DNA of 64,000 nt from Octopus vulgaris (lineage: Eukaryota). Positions 38,270 to 52,394 of this stretch are shown here, one piece after another (within the stretch, counting starts at the first letter, position 1; every line of letters begins with the position of its first letter). The notes beneath the pieces are model-generated. The model was given only the letters and a program-made list of their open reading frames with translations. It did no database searches and had not been told where the DNA came from. Made by a program: the position numbers and the translations under genes. The DNA is taken from positions 87,358,001 to 87,422,000 of the forward strand of contig OX597823.1 in NCBI GenBank assembly GCA_951406725.2, written 5' to 3'.

Positions 38270-40660
38270 GTGTAGTTTAGAATTCCTGGATGAGTTCCTT
38301 GGGGCGTGTTTATTATGCATATTTCACATATAGTCGGTTTTAATGTAATATACAGTTGCGGCCAAAATGATCAGAACGGCATTGTTTTCGTCAGAAAAGT
38401 TCACAGACAATAAATACAATATTAATTGTTATTGTCTGAGATTTTGGAGTAATTTGAGAGGAGAATACAAAAGTTATGGATGATTTAGTGATTTACTGCA
38501 AAACCCATGGCGGCCAAAATGATCAGTACGGTTGAAAAAATAACAAAATAATCAAAAATGACAGAGAATACTGGAATTATTTAATATTTAGTGTGAAGCC
38601 CTTTAGCTTCAATCTTTGACTGCATGAGGAAATTAAATTTTCAATTTCTTGCTGGATGATCTAATTCCATTCTTCCTGAAGGGCATTCCATAATTGCTCA
38701 GTTGTTTTAGGATTTCTGGCTTTCGAATGTTCTCTTAGAATATTCCATACATTTTCAATAGGATTGAGATCTGGGCTTTGAGCAGGACAACCCATAACAA
38801 TAACCTTTTCAGCCTTAAGGAAGCTCATGACCACCTTAGCCTTGTGACATCGGGCATTGTCCTGCATGAATATGGGTGGTCGCTTAGTTGAATTTTTCAG
38901 CACAGGCAAGACATGATCTTTTACAAGTTGTTTATAAACTCCTGCATTTACCTTTCCATGTAATCGCACCAAATGGCCCACACCATCTCCAGATATCATC
39001 CCCCAAACCATGACACTTCCTCCACCGAATTTAACACTAGTCTTAAGGCATTTAAGCGACAATTTTTCTACGAACGTACCTTTTCCCATCTGAGCCAAAT
39101 AACATAAAATTAGATTCATCACTGAAATGCACCGTTTGCCATTTTTCTTGAGACCACAACACATGTTTGGTTGCAAAGGTAAGACGACACTTTTTATTCT
39201 TGGAGCTGATCAGTGGATTCACTGCAGGTGCTCTTGTTTGTAGGTCATGTTCAACTAAACGACGAGACACAGTTTTTCGAGATAAAGTTTTCTTCAATAC
39301 AATGTTCATTTTCCGAGAAACAGCAGCAGCAGCTTTAAATCTGTCCTTTTTAACCAACTTTACCATAGCACGATCTTCTCTCTTCGTCGTTTTTCTTGGC
39401 CTATCTGCAAACTTTCTTGCTTCACACGAACCACAATCATCGTAGACCTTACGAATACCGTGTACAACACTTTTTGACTTGTTAACAATCTTTGCAATAG
39501 ATCCAATACTTAAATTATCCTTCCTTCGAAGCTTAATAATCTGCTGATGAATTGGTAACGGAGTAAGTGGCATTATATTAACAAAGTACACTGCAAATAT
39601 TTTTACTAATGTTTAGTAAACGAACCGTCACGTAAACAAATTCAAAACATTAGAGTTCGCCGGTTAAACATACTAAAACACGGAGTAAAAGCAACCGTTC
39701 TGATCATTTTGACCGCCATGGGTTTTGTAGTAAATCACTAAATCATCCATAACTTTTGTATTATCCCCTCAAATTACACCAAAATCTCAGGCAATAACAA
39801 ATAATATCGTACTTATTCTCTGTGCAAATTATAGAATATAAAACAACTTTCATAAAAAGTATATCTACTTTTCTGACGAAAACAATGCCGTTCTGAACAT
39901 TTTGGCCGCCACTGTATAAAACTTATCCTGGTCGCATGAGGGGAACAAGACCGGTCATACTTGAGGATTCGTAGTCTAAGTTGTTGTTTGTGCCTCATTC
40001 ATTTTATTCTCCGGTTTTGGCTATGATTCTGCAGTTTCTATGGGAGTTGTGAAACACACTGTCTTCAAGTTTCCGTAATACGTTTAACATAGATGTTTCA
40101 TGTCGTTTTCCTTATCTCCAAACAAACCTGAGTGCAGTGTGTATATATCTTTCCTTGAAACTATTTCTAGTCATTCCAATGTAAGTTTTTCTGGTCTCAT
40201 CCATGTCAGTGATAAGCTATGTAAACCCGTTCTTTTTTCAGATACGCATTGTTCAAAGGACAGATATGTTGGGAAACTGCAGCTACAAGCCCTTCGTGGC
40301 GGGGTCCCAATGTTAATATTCATATTGTGTTTGAAGATCATTGCACCTATGTTAGAGAAGCAACTATTACTAAATCCAGCCGTGTTTCTATTAAAGATTC
40401 AATGGTATTTATGTGAGTGTTGGAAGTGGTTATCTATAAGTTTCAGAACTCGTTTTGCTTTATATGTATCCACATTCATACTGTATGGAGGATTATACGA
40501 CAAAACTTTCCTACGTCTACGTCTTTTTGGCTTATCTAAGTTTTATTCGATGTCGTTTATTTTGTTCATAAATTTGAACCTTTCTGTAATATGGGGCTGC
40601 TATTTTGGAAGTGGCTTCATCGGTGGATAGCTTGGATACACGTCTCCCTACGCAATTTAC
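38270..40660 (-). mobile_element. Penelope-like (GIY-YIG) element remnant interrupted by the Tc1
   Basis: YNPPYSMNV, LKLIDNHF, IFNRN, YIGMT...FKER; removing the Tc1 and one TA restores CDQDKFYILH (C-x-x-EK-x-x-IL-like). Confidence 0.7.
38353..39914 (-). mobile_element. Full-length Tc1 transposon (DD34E) with IR/DR-type long TIRs; transposase disrupted
   Basis: TA|CAGTTGCGGCCAAAATG...CATTTTGGCCGCCACTG|TA; ~180-220-bp TIRs each with two GCGGCCAAAATGATCAGAACGG-like repeats; FSDES, GGGSVMVWG, QDNA-34-E (SPDLNPIE); frameshift near 39060 and premature stop at 38661. Confidence 0.93.
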
Positions 40661-41541
40661 TATTTGCTTGATTATCGGTAGAGGATGGTTAGAACCTCTG
40701 TCGATGTTGTAGGTATTCTAATTTGGTTTATGGAAATCGAGTGCGATGGCACATGCTGTAGCCCCTACACTCGAGCCAATGGAACATATTACCCTGGCGT
40801 TCATGAATCATGTATGATGTGCATTCCCATCGTTTTCTCAAACGCGAAACTTAATGAAAGGAAAGCTTTCTAAGACTTTTAGTTAGCCCTTTCCGGGGGC
40901 TAACTAAAATGTCTTTAGTCAGCCCTTTCTAGAGGCTAGCTAAAAGTCTGAAAACAAGGATCGACATTTAGGCCACCCTTATGTAAATGCTTTGGAGAGG
41001 CAAATGAGTAAATTACAAAAAAATAATTCGCTTTTTTCATAACTCGTGATTTTGTATTTTATTCTCATTAGAAAGATTAGCATCCACTTAATTTGTTAAT
41101 ATTCTGCCAATGCTAATAACCGGATAGAACATCTCTTATATTTAGGGTTATATTTAAAATCAATTAATTCAGCTTACGTCGACACATATCGGTCTAGTTT
41201 CAATGAAATATTTCCATTTGTATAGAAAATACGATACTCTACAAAACGTCTTCACAGGAGAGACTAAAGCAGATGCTTTCAAAAATATTTTGTACATTGA
41301 ATCTGATTTTACTTTCTGATTTTAAGATTCTATTCTCCAATTCTCTGCTTCTATTCTAACAATTATGTTTCTTGTAGTTTTTTTCTCTAATTTTAACTTA
41401 AAAAAACCCGAAAAAAACATTATCTTCATTAAAACTTGATTCATAGAAATGTTCGTTCAATTTTCTTTATAGCATACTTATGCTAAAACACACATCAACG
41501 TTTTTTCACTCCTTTTTCTTTTTGTTTTTTCTTCTCTTTCT

Positions 41542-41589
<48 letters not shown>

Positions 41590-41643
41590 CACCACCACCA
41601 CCACCACCACAACCACAACCACCACAACCACCACCATCAGTGC

Positions 41644-41689
<46 letters not shown>

Positions 41690-41690
41690 G

Positions 41691-41754
<64 letters not shown>

Positions 41755-42159
41755 ATTCTGTATAGTTTTAACAACATCATATCTCTTTTCACCAAGTCGT
41801 CAACATTTCAGCATAATAAAATCCAATCAACAACAATAAAAAAAAACAAACTGAATTTGAAACGGAAGCATTATTTCACGATACACACACACACACATAC
41901 ATACGTAAACGCACACACACACACACGCACATACACGCACATACACAAATATTCCTTTCGCATTGTTTTGAAAGCATTTTATAAAATGTTCAAAATCCAC
42001 TTAAAATTAAATGACAAAAATAGAAAGAAAGAAACGCGAGCAAAGATAAAATGGAAGAAAAAGAAAATGCAAATGAGAATGAAATCCTTTCACGAAACTA
42101 TCCGAATATTCAACATTAATTTATTTACAAAGCAACTCTGAAAATACTCAGGTGTGTGC

Positions 42160-42225
<66 letters not shown>

Positions 42226-42236
42226 ATATATATATA

Positions 42237-42405
42237 GGCGCAGGAGTGGCTGTGTGGTAAGTAGCTTGCTAACCAACCACATGGTTCCGGGTTCAGTCCC
42301 ACTGCGTGGCATCTTGGGCAAGTGTCTTCTGCTATAGCCCCGGGCCGACCAATGCCTTGTTAGTAGATTTGGTAGACGGAAACTGAAAGAAGACTGTCGT
42401 ATATA

Positions 42406-42456
<51 letters not shown>

Positions 42457-42666
42457 TTGTGTGTCTGTGTTTGTCCCCCTAGCATTGCTTGACAACCGAT
42501 GCTGGTGTGTTTACGTCCCCGTCACTTAGCGGTTCGGCAAAAGAGACCGATAGAATAAGTGCTGGGCTTACAAAGAATAAGTCCCGGGGTCGATTTGCTC
42601 GACTAAAGGTGGTACTCCAGCATGGCCGCAGTCAAATGACTGAAACAAGTAAAAGAGTAAAGAGTA
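42237..42666 (+). mobile_element. Full-length SINE family A (reference copy)
   Basis: Complete head, internal (TA)n(GT)n, and GTAAAAGA tail repeats. Confidence 0.92.
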
Positions 42667-42680
42667 TGAGTATATGTACA

Positions 42681-42732
<52 letters not shown>

Positions 42733-42733
42733 A

Positions 42734-42797
<64 letters not shown>

Positions 42798-42802
42798 CAT
42801 AA

Positions 42803-42847
<45 letters not shown>

Positions 42848-42995
42848 TATTAGAGACAAAACCACTATTTTGCAAAACAAACAAGGAAAGACTTAATCAA
42901 TACATAAAATTTTAATAAATAGTCAAAAAAACCGCCACTTTACGCTATCTATCTCTCACCTTTTCTTTCCCTCCCTTCCTCCATCCTTCCATCTT

Positions 42996-43069
<74 letters not shown>

Positions 43070-43080
43070 GCAATCATTCG

Positions 43081-43118
<38 letters not shown>

Positions 43119-43416
43119 CGACTCCGTCGGTCAAGAATGACTACGCGTGCACCTAAGAGTTTCCCCTCCGAGGTACAAGTCTGGGAGGAAAGTCGCCTCA
43201 CCGGCAAACGCACAACCTAGGGTTCTTTCTTTTTTTTTTGAAGACCAGCGGTCCACTCATGCATACCGGCCTCCCTTCTCTACGCCACCGATTAACATCG
43301 GTGGCGTAGTGAAGGGTGGCAAGAGAAAGGCAAAGGCTAATATAGCTCGGCACCTGTGACGTGATGTTGTGAGTTCACGAAAGTAAGCTCGACTCTCTAA
43401 CCACTGAGGCATCCGC
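43081..43416 (-). mobile_element. SINE family E flanked by a ~143/162-bp direct duplication
   Basis: CTTTACGCTATC...(CT)n(AT)nGTACAGCAATCATTCG at 42938-43080 and 43417-43578; insert resembles 17660-17905. Confidence 0.7.
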
Positions 43417-43474
43417 CTTTACGCTATCTATCTCTCACCTTTTCTTTCCCTCCCTTCCTCCATCCTTCCATCTT

Positions 43475-43567
<93 letters not shown>

Positions 43568-43658
43568 GCAATCATTCGTCATATCGCGGTTCACCTATCG
43601 CGCACTCAATACATCGTGGACTTTTCTGGCTAATATATATGATAATAATAATGATAAT

Positions 43659-43723
<65 letters not shown>

Positions 43724-43740
43724 TAATAACAATAATAATC

Positions 43741-44252
43741 AAGTCCATTTTTTTCTGTATGGACTTGACAGAGCAAAAATGTGGTACGGACATAAACCTG
43801 AAGGTCTCATCGAAAATGATGCAAAGATCCTATGTGATTTTATGATTCAGTACGACAATGAGATAGACAATAGGAAACCAGATATAATCTTAATTGAGAA
43901 GGAAAGCAAACGATGCTAGCCATAGATATAGCATGCCCAGCCGACAACAAGGTATACGATAAGGAAGAAAGAAAATTCGGCAGATATGACAGGTTAGTTT
44001 GGGCTGTTAACCAGTAGTGGACGTAGTCACAATAATTGTCGGATCTCTGGGAATAGTGAGCAAAAATCTTGAGAAGTACATTGAGCAAACAGGGGCTGTG
44101 ATAAGAGTGAAGCACTTGCAGAAAACAGCACTGCTTGGAACCGCTCGAATACTCCGGATGGTGCTCGAAAAGTAAGGGGTGTTACCTTAGTTCATTCATA
44201 GTGAACAGCTGGCACCGTAGTACATCTCCAGCATTAGAAGCTGTATAAAGGC
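43741..44252 (+). mobile_element. R4/Dong-like RLE 3' fragment embedded in (TAA)n on both sides
   Basis: WYGHKPE, KILCDF, NRKPDIILI...IDIACP, IVGSLG, LQKTALLGTARILR. Confidence 0.85.
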
Positions 44253-44271
44253 AATAATAATAATAATGATG

Positions 44272-44380
<109 letters not shown>

Positions 44381-44382
44381 TA

Positions 44383-44461
<79 letters not shown>

Positions 44462-44490
44462 TGATGATGATGATGATGATGCTGATGATG

Positions 44491-44524
<34 letters not shown>

Positions 44525-45279
44525 TAATAATAATAATAATAATAATAATATTAATAATCATAATAATAATAAATGTAAATGTCCTGATGCAGTACCAGGT
44601 AGTGGCTAAATGCCCTGATGCAGCCCCAGTCAGTGAATTTTATGGATTCTAATCTTAACGAATTGGAAGTGTTATCACGTACATTGTTTTGTCTTGGTAT
44701 AAAAACATGGGCTACAGCAAATATTCTGTTCAATACCACAGATTTGCTTGTCAGTTGCTTGACATTAACCAGTTGAACATGTCCCTTGTTAGCTGACGAT
44801 ATGTGCATCTATGATGACGCGCAGAAGTAGAAGGGATGCTTCATAGACATGTGATGAAAGGAATTCTTTGGGATTTGAATAATTCACCTCTGGAAACATG
44901 GGTGTTTCATTCCTCATCCTTAAACTAGCCTTATTCAGGGACCTTTTGGGCGGGATGGGCTACGGAAACTGAAGAAAATTCTAACTGGACCCTATCTGCA
45001 AGGTCATGCGCTGTTAGTCTTGATATGAGATCATCATACGTGCAGATAAATATTTTCGTAAATTATAGTGTGACTTATAAGGCGGAGTTTACCCGTGATT
45101 TTTAATTGAACTGAATTATTAATTAGTTTTCTTTTTAAGTATCACTGTTATAGGTATTTATACTCCGGTGAAATTGAGAAATCAACTCGTAAATAACCTA
45201 AACCCTTGAATCCATCACTGTACTCACACACACACACATACACATACATATCTATGCATGTATTTACATGTATGCTTAA

Positions 45280-45450
45280 AGATAATCGAACCAAATTTTC
45301 ATCATTTCTAGCCACTCATCCAATAAGTATTGCTGCCAAATTTGGTGAAAATCCATTCAGTCGTTTTCCAGTAATTTTACAAACACACAGACAAACAGAC
45401 AAAGACGAGTGATTATAATACACTGCTTTCGCTTACACGCGCAGGGTAAT
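45280..45450 (+). mobile_element. Helentron/HINE-like 3' end
   Basis: CCAAATTTGGTGAAAATCC, short (CAGACAAA) repeat, terminal ACACTGC...GCAGGGTAAT stem. Confidence 0.4.
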
Positions 45451-45659
45451 GAAGAGATTGCAAAACTCTGAGTAGCTCCTGCATCTTAGTTTCACCTATC
45501 AGACCTTGATACGTTTTGGATTGTTTTTCTCGTTGAGAGAACTTTCTTATTAAATGTTAAACATGTGTTGTATGCAAATTATCAACTTGAGTTTTACTTG
45601 ATTTGATGTGTATTTAAACAGATTGCCTATCTGTTATTTTTGGAGGAGGTCAAGTGATG

Positions 45660-45841
45660 CAGAAGTACATGGAATAAATAGGGGCTGCAATAAGGGTGGA
45701 GCACTTACAGAAAACAGCACTGATTGGAAATGCTCGAATACTCCGGATGCTGCTCGAAAAATAAGATGTGTTACCTTAGTTCACTGGTAGTGAACAGCTG
45801 ACACTGTAGTACATCTCCAGTGTTAGAAGCTTTGCAAAGGC
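45660..45841 (+). mobile_element. Short 3' copy of the same R4/Dong-like family, ending at (TAA)n
   Basis: Clear similarity to 44070-44252. Confidence 0.8.
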
Positions 45842-45884
<43 letters not shown>

Positions 45885-45885
45885 G

Positions 45886-45916
<31 letters not shown>

Positions 45917-45927
45917 TATAATAATAA

Positions 45928-46325
45928 TCCTTTCTACTATAGGCTCGAGGCCTACATATTGTGAAGAGGGGACATTCAATCACATCGATCCCAGTGCGTA
46001 GCTGGTATTTATTTTATAGATCCTGAAAAGATGAAAAGCAGAGTCGACCTCGGCGGAATTTGAACTCAGAACGTAACGACGGGCGAAATACCTATTTCTT
46101 TACTACCCACAAGGGGCTAAACACAGAGAGGACAAACAAGGATAGACAAACGGATTAAGTCGATTATATCTACCCCAGTGCGTAACTGGTACTTATCTAA
46201 TCGACCCGAAAGGATGAAAGGCAAAGTCGACCTTGGTGGAATCTGAACTCAGAACGTATCGGTTGACGAAATACCTCACAAAAATTTTGCCCGGCGTGCT
46301 AACGATTTTGCCAGCTCGCCGCCTT
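45928..46325 (-). mobile_element. SINE B dimer
   Basis: Junction GAAATACC|TATTTCTTTAC at ~46092. Confidence 0.82.
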
Positions 46326-46340
46326 TCCTGCCAGCTCACC

Positions 46341-46408
<68 letters not shown>

Positions 46409-46959
46409 TAATAATAATAATAATGATAATAATAATAATATGATGTTGATGATGATGCTGATGCCGACGATAAACAAGGTAATAGATTTGAATCTAAGTC
46501 TGCGACAGCTGTTATTATGTCTGAGACAGACAGTTCATAGACGTAATGTGGTATTCAGGTGAGAAATAGTGCGAAGTTTAGAGACCACTCGATATTATAT
46601 GATGAAAAGTAACATCATTTTCTATGACATAAATGACAATAGGCTATAAATAATTGACAGAGAAGTACGAAATTATTATAACGTAATTCAGACTCAAAGT
46701 GAACAGCAATAATGAAAAGAATAATATGTACATAATTGACCAAGCAATATCGAATTAGTATAATGATATGCAGGTGCAGGCTGAAAATTGTAGGAATTAT
46801 ATTGACTTAGCTATTGAGTAAAATAAATAATTGCATCGAAGTAGTGGATCCACCTTTCCATTTAGAAGTTTAATAATTAGAAGAATGCACAGATACGCTT
46901 TTCTAAGTGTGCTGATATCCTAACGTAAGTATATTTCAGAAAAGAAAAAGAAACAGTAA

Positions 46960-47780
46960 TGGGTTCTGTAAATGATAGAGAATTCTCAGGAGGAGTTATT
47001 AATGTCAGATGTATGGTATGTGGTATCATTTGTAAAGATTAACGGACAAGAGACACTACCCACCATCGCCACCAAAGGGTATTGAATTCATAAAGCAAGG
47101 TAACAAAGCTCCTAAGGATAGATTGGAATTTGTCCTTGCGTCAAGACAATTGACGCACAACTGCAAGTGAATATTTCAAAAATATCTCAAGGCCTACTCC
47201 AGGAAAATACTATTAAAATTTGGAAAGAAAAATGCCTAAACGAGGAAGTAACATCCCTTCATGTCCTTTGGTTTTCCAATTATGAATCTGAATTTTAAAA
47301 AACGAGCGCTCTACTGAAAGCAATAGAAAGGGACCCGCTTTCTATTTTGCGTTTAGCCTCAGACTGGGAGAAGCGAGTGGATCTGAAGGGAAGACTTGTC
47401 TTTCCTGAGGCGATAATGATAATATCACTCCGACCAGACATGTTCCTGCTCTTCAGGAATACAAAAGCAATCATGTTGGGTTAACTTACAATGCCCTGGG
47501 TGGACGGACTCGATATTTCCTACCAGGTGATGAAATTGAAATATCAGGATTTTTGACGATGCAGCCCTTGTCAAGTGCTGGCATGCGTTCTAATTCCCCA
47601 CTGAAGTGGACCGTCGCTGCTTTCCATGTAAATCAGTGCGCTATTTCCTGCAGAAGATAAATCTGGAACCAAGACAACTGCAGAAGGTTATGAAGGAAAT
47701 AAGCACAGCAGCAGAAATTAGCTCAAATGTGCTACGGTTGATAAGAAATCACATAGGGAACCCTTTGATAAGTTGAAGAC
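46960..47780 (+). mobile_element. HERO/NeSL-like RLE retrotransposon remnant
   Basis: DWEKRVDLKGRLVFPEAI...LRPDMFL...LTMPW...KLKYQD...PTEVD-RCF, resembling the RPD...ELTVPWE...KY...PVEVGxRGF pattern. Confidence 0.7.
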
Positions 47781-48971
47781 TAGCTCAGTTCTCGCTGCGA
47801 CACTCAGGCGAAGTCTACAGGCCAAGGGACGAAAAACGATGCAGAACGGTTTCTAGCATTGCGATGGGTTTAGAAGAGCTTGCAAAACCTCTGACTATCA
47901 CCTGTAGCTTCTGCGTGGGGCAAAGCATCTCTGACATTTATTTCACTTATCACACCGTGATACGGTTTGTATTACTTTTCCCGTTGACAGAACTTTCATA
48001 TTAAATAATGTTAAACATGTACAGTATGGAAATTATTAAGTCCAGGTCTACTAGATCTGCTACGTATTTAAACGGTTTGGCCACCTGTTATTCCTGAAGG
48101 GGGTCAAATGATGCAGAAATCACTTACTAGACATCATTAATGGTCGAAACTAGTCCTCCATATATTTTCTAATACGTAATTTTGATATGCTTGTATCTCA
48201 ACTACATACGTTTACCCACAAATACATACACCTACACACACCTGTACAAACATACATATTCATGTTTTCTAAGCTGTATCTAATTATTTTATAATAAGCA
48301 TATAAAATACCGAGGAGTAAAATAACGTTCTATAAATTTATATATATGCATATATTGTAATTTTGCTCAACGCAGCTTTGTGTATTCATAATAAATATAT
48401 TATAGCTAGACAAATTCTCAGCACGCATAAGCAAATGTGTTTTCTGCAGATTACACGTTCAAATAGAGCTACGAAAATTTTAAAACAGTGGTTGTCACTG
48501 AGGAGATGCTGTCATTCCGAAACGTGTGTCTCTCAGACCGCTGACATCATTCAGTGCCTGAGTCAATAATTTTAACACACATGTAAAAGGATAAATTTCC
48601 TCCGAGACAAAGGTTCTGCAGCGAATGTCTTTCAGTTCTAACGCACAGCAGCGTGTGAAATACAAACATGCACACCGTTATCTATTGATATTTATTCTTT
48701 TACTCTTTTACTTGTTTCAGTCATTTCACTGCGGCCATGCCGGAGCACCGCCTTTAGTCGAACAAATCGACCCCAAGACTTATTCGTTGTAAGTCTAGTA
48801 CTTATTCTATCGATCTCTTTTGTCGAACCGCTAAGTTATATGGACGTAAACACACCAGCATCTGTTGTCTAGCGATGGTGGGGGAATAAACACAGATAGA
48901 AAAACATACATACATAATATATATATATACATATATATATACACACATTATATATATATATATATATATAT

Positions 48972-49034
<63 letters not shown>

Positions 49035-49340
49035 CGTTAGAGGACTTCCTTCAGGTTCCGTATACCGAATCCACTCACAACACTTTAGTCGGCCCGAGGC
49101 TATAGTAGAAGTGATTTGCCCTTGCTGCCAGACAGTTTGACCAATAAGAATAAATACGTGCATATTCCAGTTAATTGATATATTTACTCTGGTTATGTAA
49201 GTGTTTTGGAGTCATCTGACAAAACAAATTTTGATTCTGAATATTCCGCTAATATATCCAACAGCAAACAGAACATAAGCTAAACTTTGTTGCTAGGTAA
49301 GAAAGAAAAAATATATGATGCATCTTTCAAATTATAGTTC

Positions 49341-49401
<61 letters not shown>

Positions 49402-49702
49402 CAATAATAGTTAAAACTACAATAACAGCAGAAAGGATAAAACTCTGCAAATAATTATTGCAGTGAGTAATAACTGCTAGTAACCAAGGAGCTGATGAAT
49501 CGGTAAATATATGTATTTTTTCCCCAACAGCAATAAAATGTGTACCGCAGGTTTTCATTTATAGTGATTTATACATAAGGAAAAGCAAGAAAGATAACGA
49601 TAAAAAGAGAGGAAGAAATTAGAAAAAATGAGAATGATAAAGGACATACGGATAGATAGATAGACAGATAGATCGATAGATAGACAGAGAGATATTCAGA
49701 CA

Positions 49703-49815
<113 letters not shown>

Positions 49816-50179
49816 GGGAGAGAGATTGATAGATAGATAAATAGACAGACAGATGGATAGATAGATAGAGTAAGGGAGCAAGATCATTCCTATAGATTTT
49901 TATTAGTGATATTGTGGGGTGTTTGTTTCGGTTTTTATACTTGGGCTTTCAGTATAAATTATGGAAATAGATTCTCACAGAAATGATTAGTATATATTGT
50001 GATGAATATTTTCAAAGCCAGAATTAATTAAAAAAAACTGGGCTTTCGAAGAAATATATTGGGTAAAAAATAAAAGTAAGTGCATTCTGCAATATACCGA
50101 ATGACATTTATACGTTCTGTAATGCTCTGAGTTCGTATTCTAGCTGCACTCATTTTCGCCTTTGCCTTTCTATGCGCAT

Positions 50180-50480
50180 CTGGTCGAACTCAGATATTTT
50201 TAACCTGCACACGCCATCCATCTTTGACCTGAATTTGTTGAGGGAAGTATTCAGAGTGACAATCATTGTCTCTGCTGAGTTGATCTACATACGTTATTTT
50301 CTGATGACCAACTGGAGTACGGCCATACTTAGACAACTATAAGTAGGCAGCTCTAGTTTATCTCGCCAACAATGTCTAGAAAAATGGAAGTGCTTTCCCT
50401 TATAATGCTGGAAACAAGCAGGAAATCTCTCTACCTCTGTTTCTTGGTGGGACGTATCATTTCGGTGTAAGTGTCATCCC
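50180..50480 (-). mobile_element. RTE-like LINE, 3' remnant
   Basis: HCWR...YGRTPVGHQKITYVDQLSRD...DGWR. Confidence 0.6.
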
Positions 50481-51411
50481 TCTTGGATTCCAGTTTTTTT
50501 TCCGATGGTGTGGTGATGAAAACTTCCATCCATCAATTCTCCAGTTGGTAGATAGGGTGAATGGCCTATAGACATGCCTCTTAGCTGCGAATATTCAATA
50601 AACAGTCCTGAACAAAATCATAGGTTAACCTCTGGCAAGGCACAACATCCATTAGACTCCCTGCAGGGGTTACGGTGTAATCCTGAAGCCTCGCAAAGAG
50701 TAGAAATGCCACTCTCAGTCGAACGAAACTAGGATGGTAATAGGGAATGAAATGCAAGACATAATAATAATTTGTCTTTGGATTTCTTCCCTCTTTGCAG
50801 AAAAAATCATACTTTCTAATTAGGAGAAGTAAAATATCAATAACTTCAATGGGGTTGATTAAATCGAATGCAAATCTCAAAATGTGGAAGACTCTTTTCT
50901 ACTCTAAGAACAAGGCCCGAAAATTTGGGGGAGGGCGCTAGTCGATCAGATAGACCCCAGTACTTAATCTATCGACCTCGATAGGATGAAAGGCAACGTC
51001 AACCTCGGCGAAATTTGAACTCAGAACGTAAAGACAGACGAAATACTGCTAAGCATTTCGCCCGGCGTGCAAACGTTTCTGCTAGTTCACCGCCTTAAGA
51101 CATACATATATCAACTTCATTAAAACATTTATTATTTGATGCTAAAAGTTTATCGCACTAACAAGTACCTGGACACTGACACGGTTGCACAATTGAGTTA
51201 ATAGTCTTTGTGTCATTTGAATAGGTTACATGCGTTTTCCACTTTTTAATTTTTAAGCATCAACACCACAATCTGACAAGTACATCTCCGAAATATGACC
51301 TTTTACTTTTAGTAGAAATTATCACCAACTTTAGAATGCACTATGTTTGGTGACTGGCAGAAGGGTTACGGCGTTCAAACAGTACAATGATGCATTTGTT
51401 TAGGCTTTTAA

Positions 51412-51795
51412 CCCTTCGTGGTCCGGCAGAGTTGGAATTACACGAAAGGCCATTGAGGTCGGTCCTCTTTTATTTTTGCGCATTTTCGTACTATCCGTAA
51501 AGTAATATTGGTTTAATCGTGTATATATGTGTGAGTACATGATACAGAACAATAATTTTAGCACTTTATATCGATTCATACCAGTACAAATACGAAGAAA
51601 ACTGAATAATAGTTCATCAGAATATCTGAAAAAAGAACAAAAGTAATTTCACAGAAGGCCAAGGGAGTTCAGTTGGACCCCAATGACCATATTTATGCTA
51701 TAACGTCCATGTGATTGGAAATTTTTAAGTCAAAATTTGTATGTGCATACATAAACTTTTAACATTTGGTGGGGGACCCTGCCGCCCACGAAGCG
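51412..51795. mobile_element. piggyBac-type MITE (second family)
   Basis: TTAA|CCCTTCGTGGTCCGGCAG...CTGCCGCCCACGAAGCG|TTAA. Confidence 0.7.
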
Positions 51796-52300
51796 TTAAT
51801 GTTTTGCCGTAATCAATTTTTCTACTTGTTTCAGTAGCGGCCATATTGGGGCGCCGCCTTCAAAACGTTTAATTGAACAAGTCGATCCTAGTACTTAGAT
51901 TTTCAGCCCGGTACTTATTCTATGGGTTTCTTGTGCAGAAACACTCAGTTACTAGGTCGTAAACACACACGCACGCACATACGCACACCCAGACACACAT
52001 ATCTATCTACCCTTTTTTTTTCCTCTTCCCTTTTTTTCCACCTTTTTTCTTCTTTTTTCATTTCTCTTTTCTTTTGTTCCTTTTCCTTTTCTTTTTTCTA
52101 TTTTTATTTTTTATTTTTTATTTTATTTTATTTATATTATTTTTTTTGTTCTTTTCTTCCCTTTTACGATCCCTCTTGATGGAAAACCTACGCCACCCCC
52201 TTTTTTTCTTTTGTTTTTTGTTTTTTCATCCCCCAAAAGAAAAGCTCTACCTTGTAACTTATCCCATCTGTGTGCAGCCCTGTGTGGCCAATAAAGAAAC

Positions 52301-52394
<94 letters not shown>

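Noticed and set aside
48488-48565. Hammerhead-like CTGAGGA...CGAAAC-GTGT-GTC motif
   Set aside because: Stem I does not close next to the cleavage triplet and stem II is weak; at best a degenerate remnant
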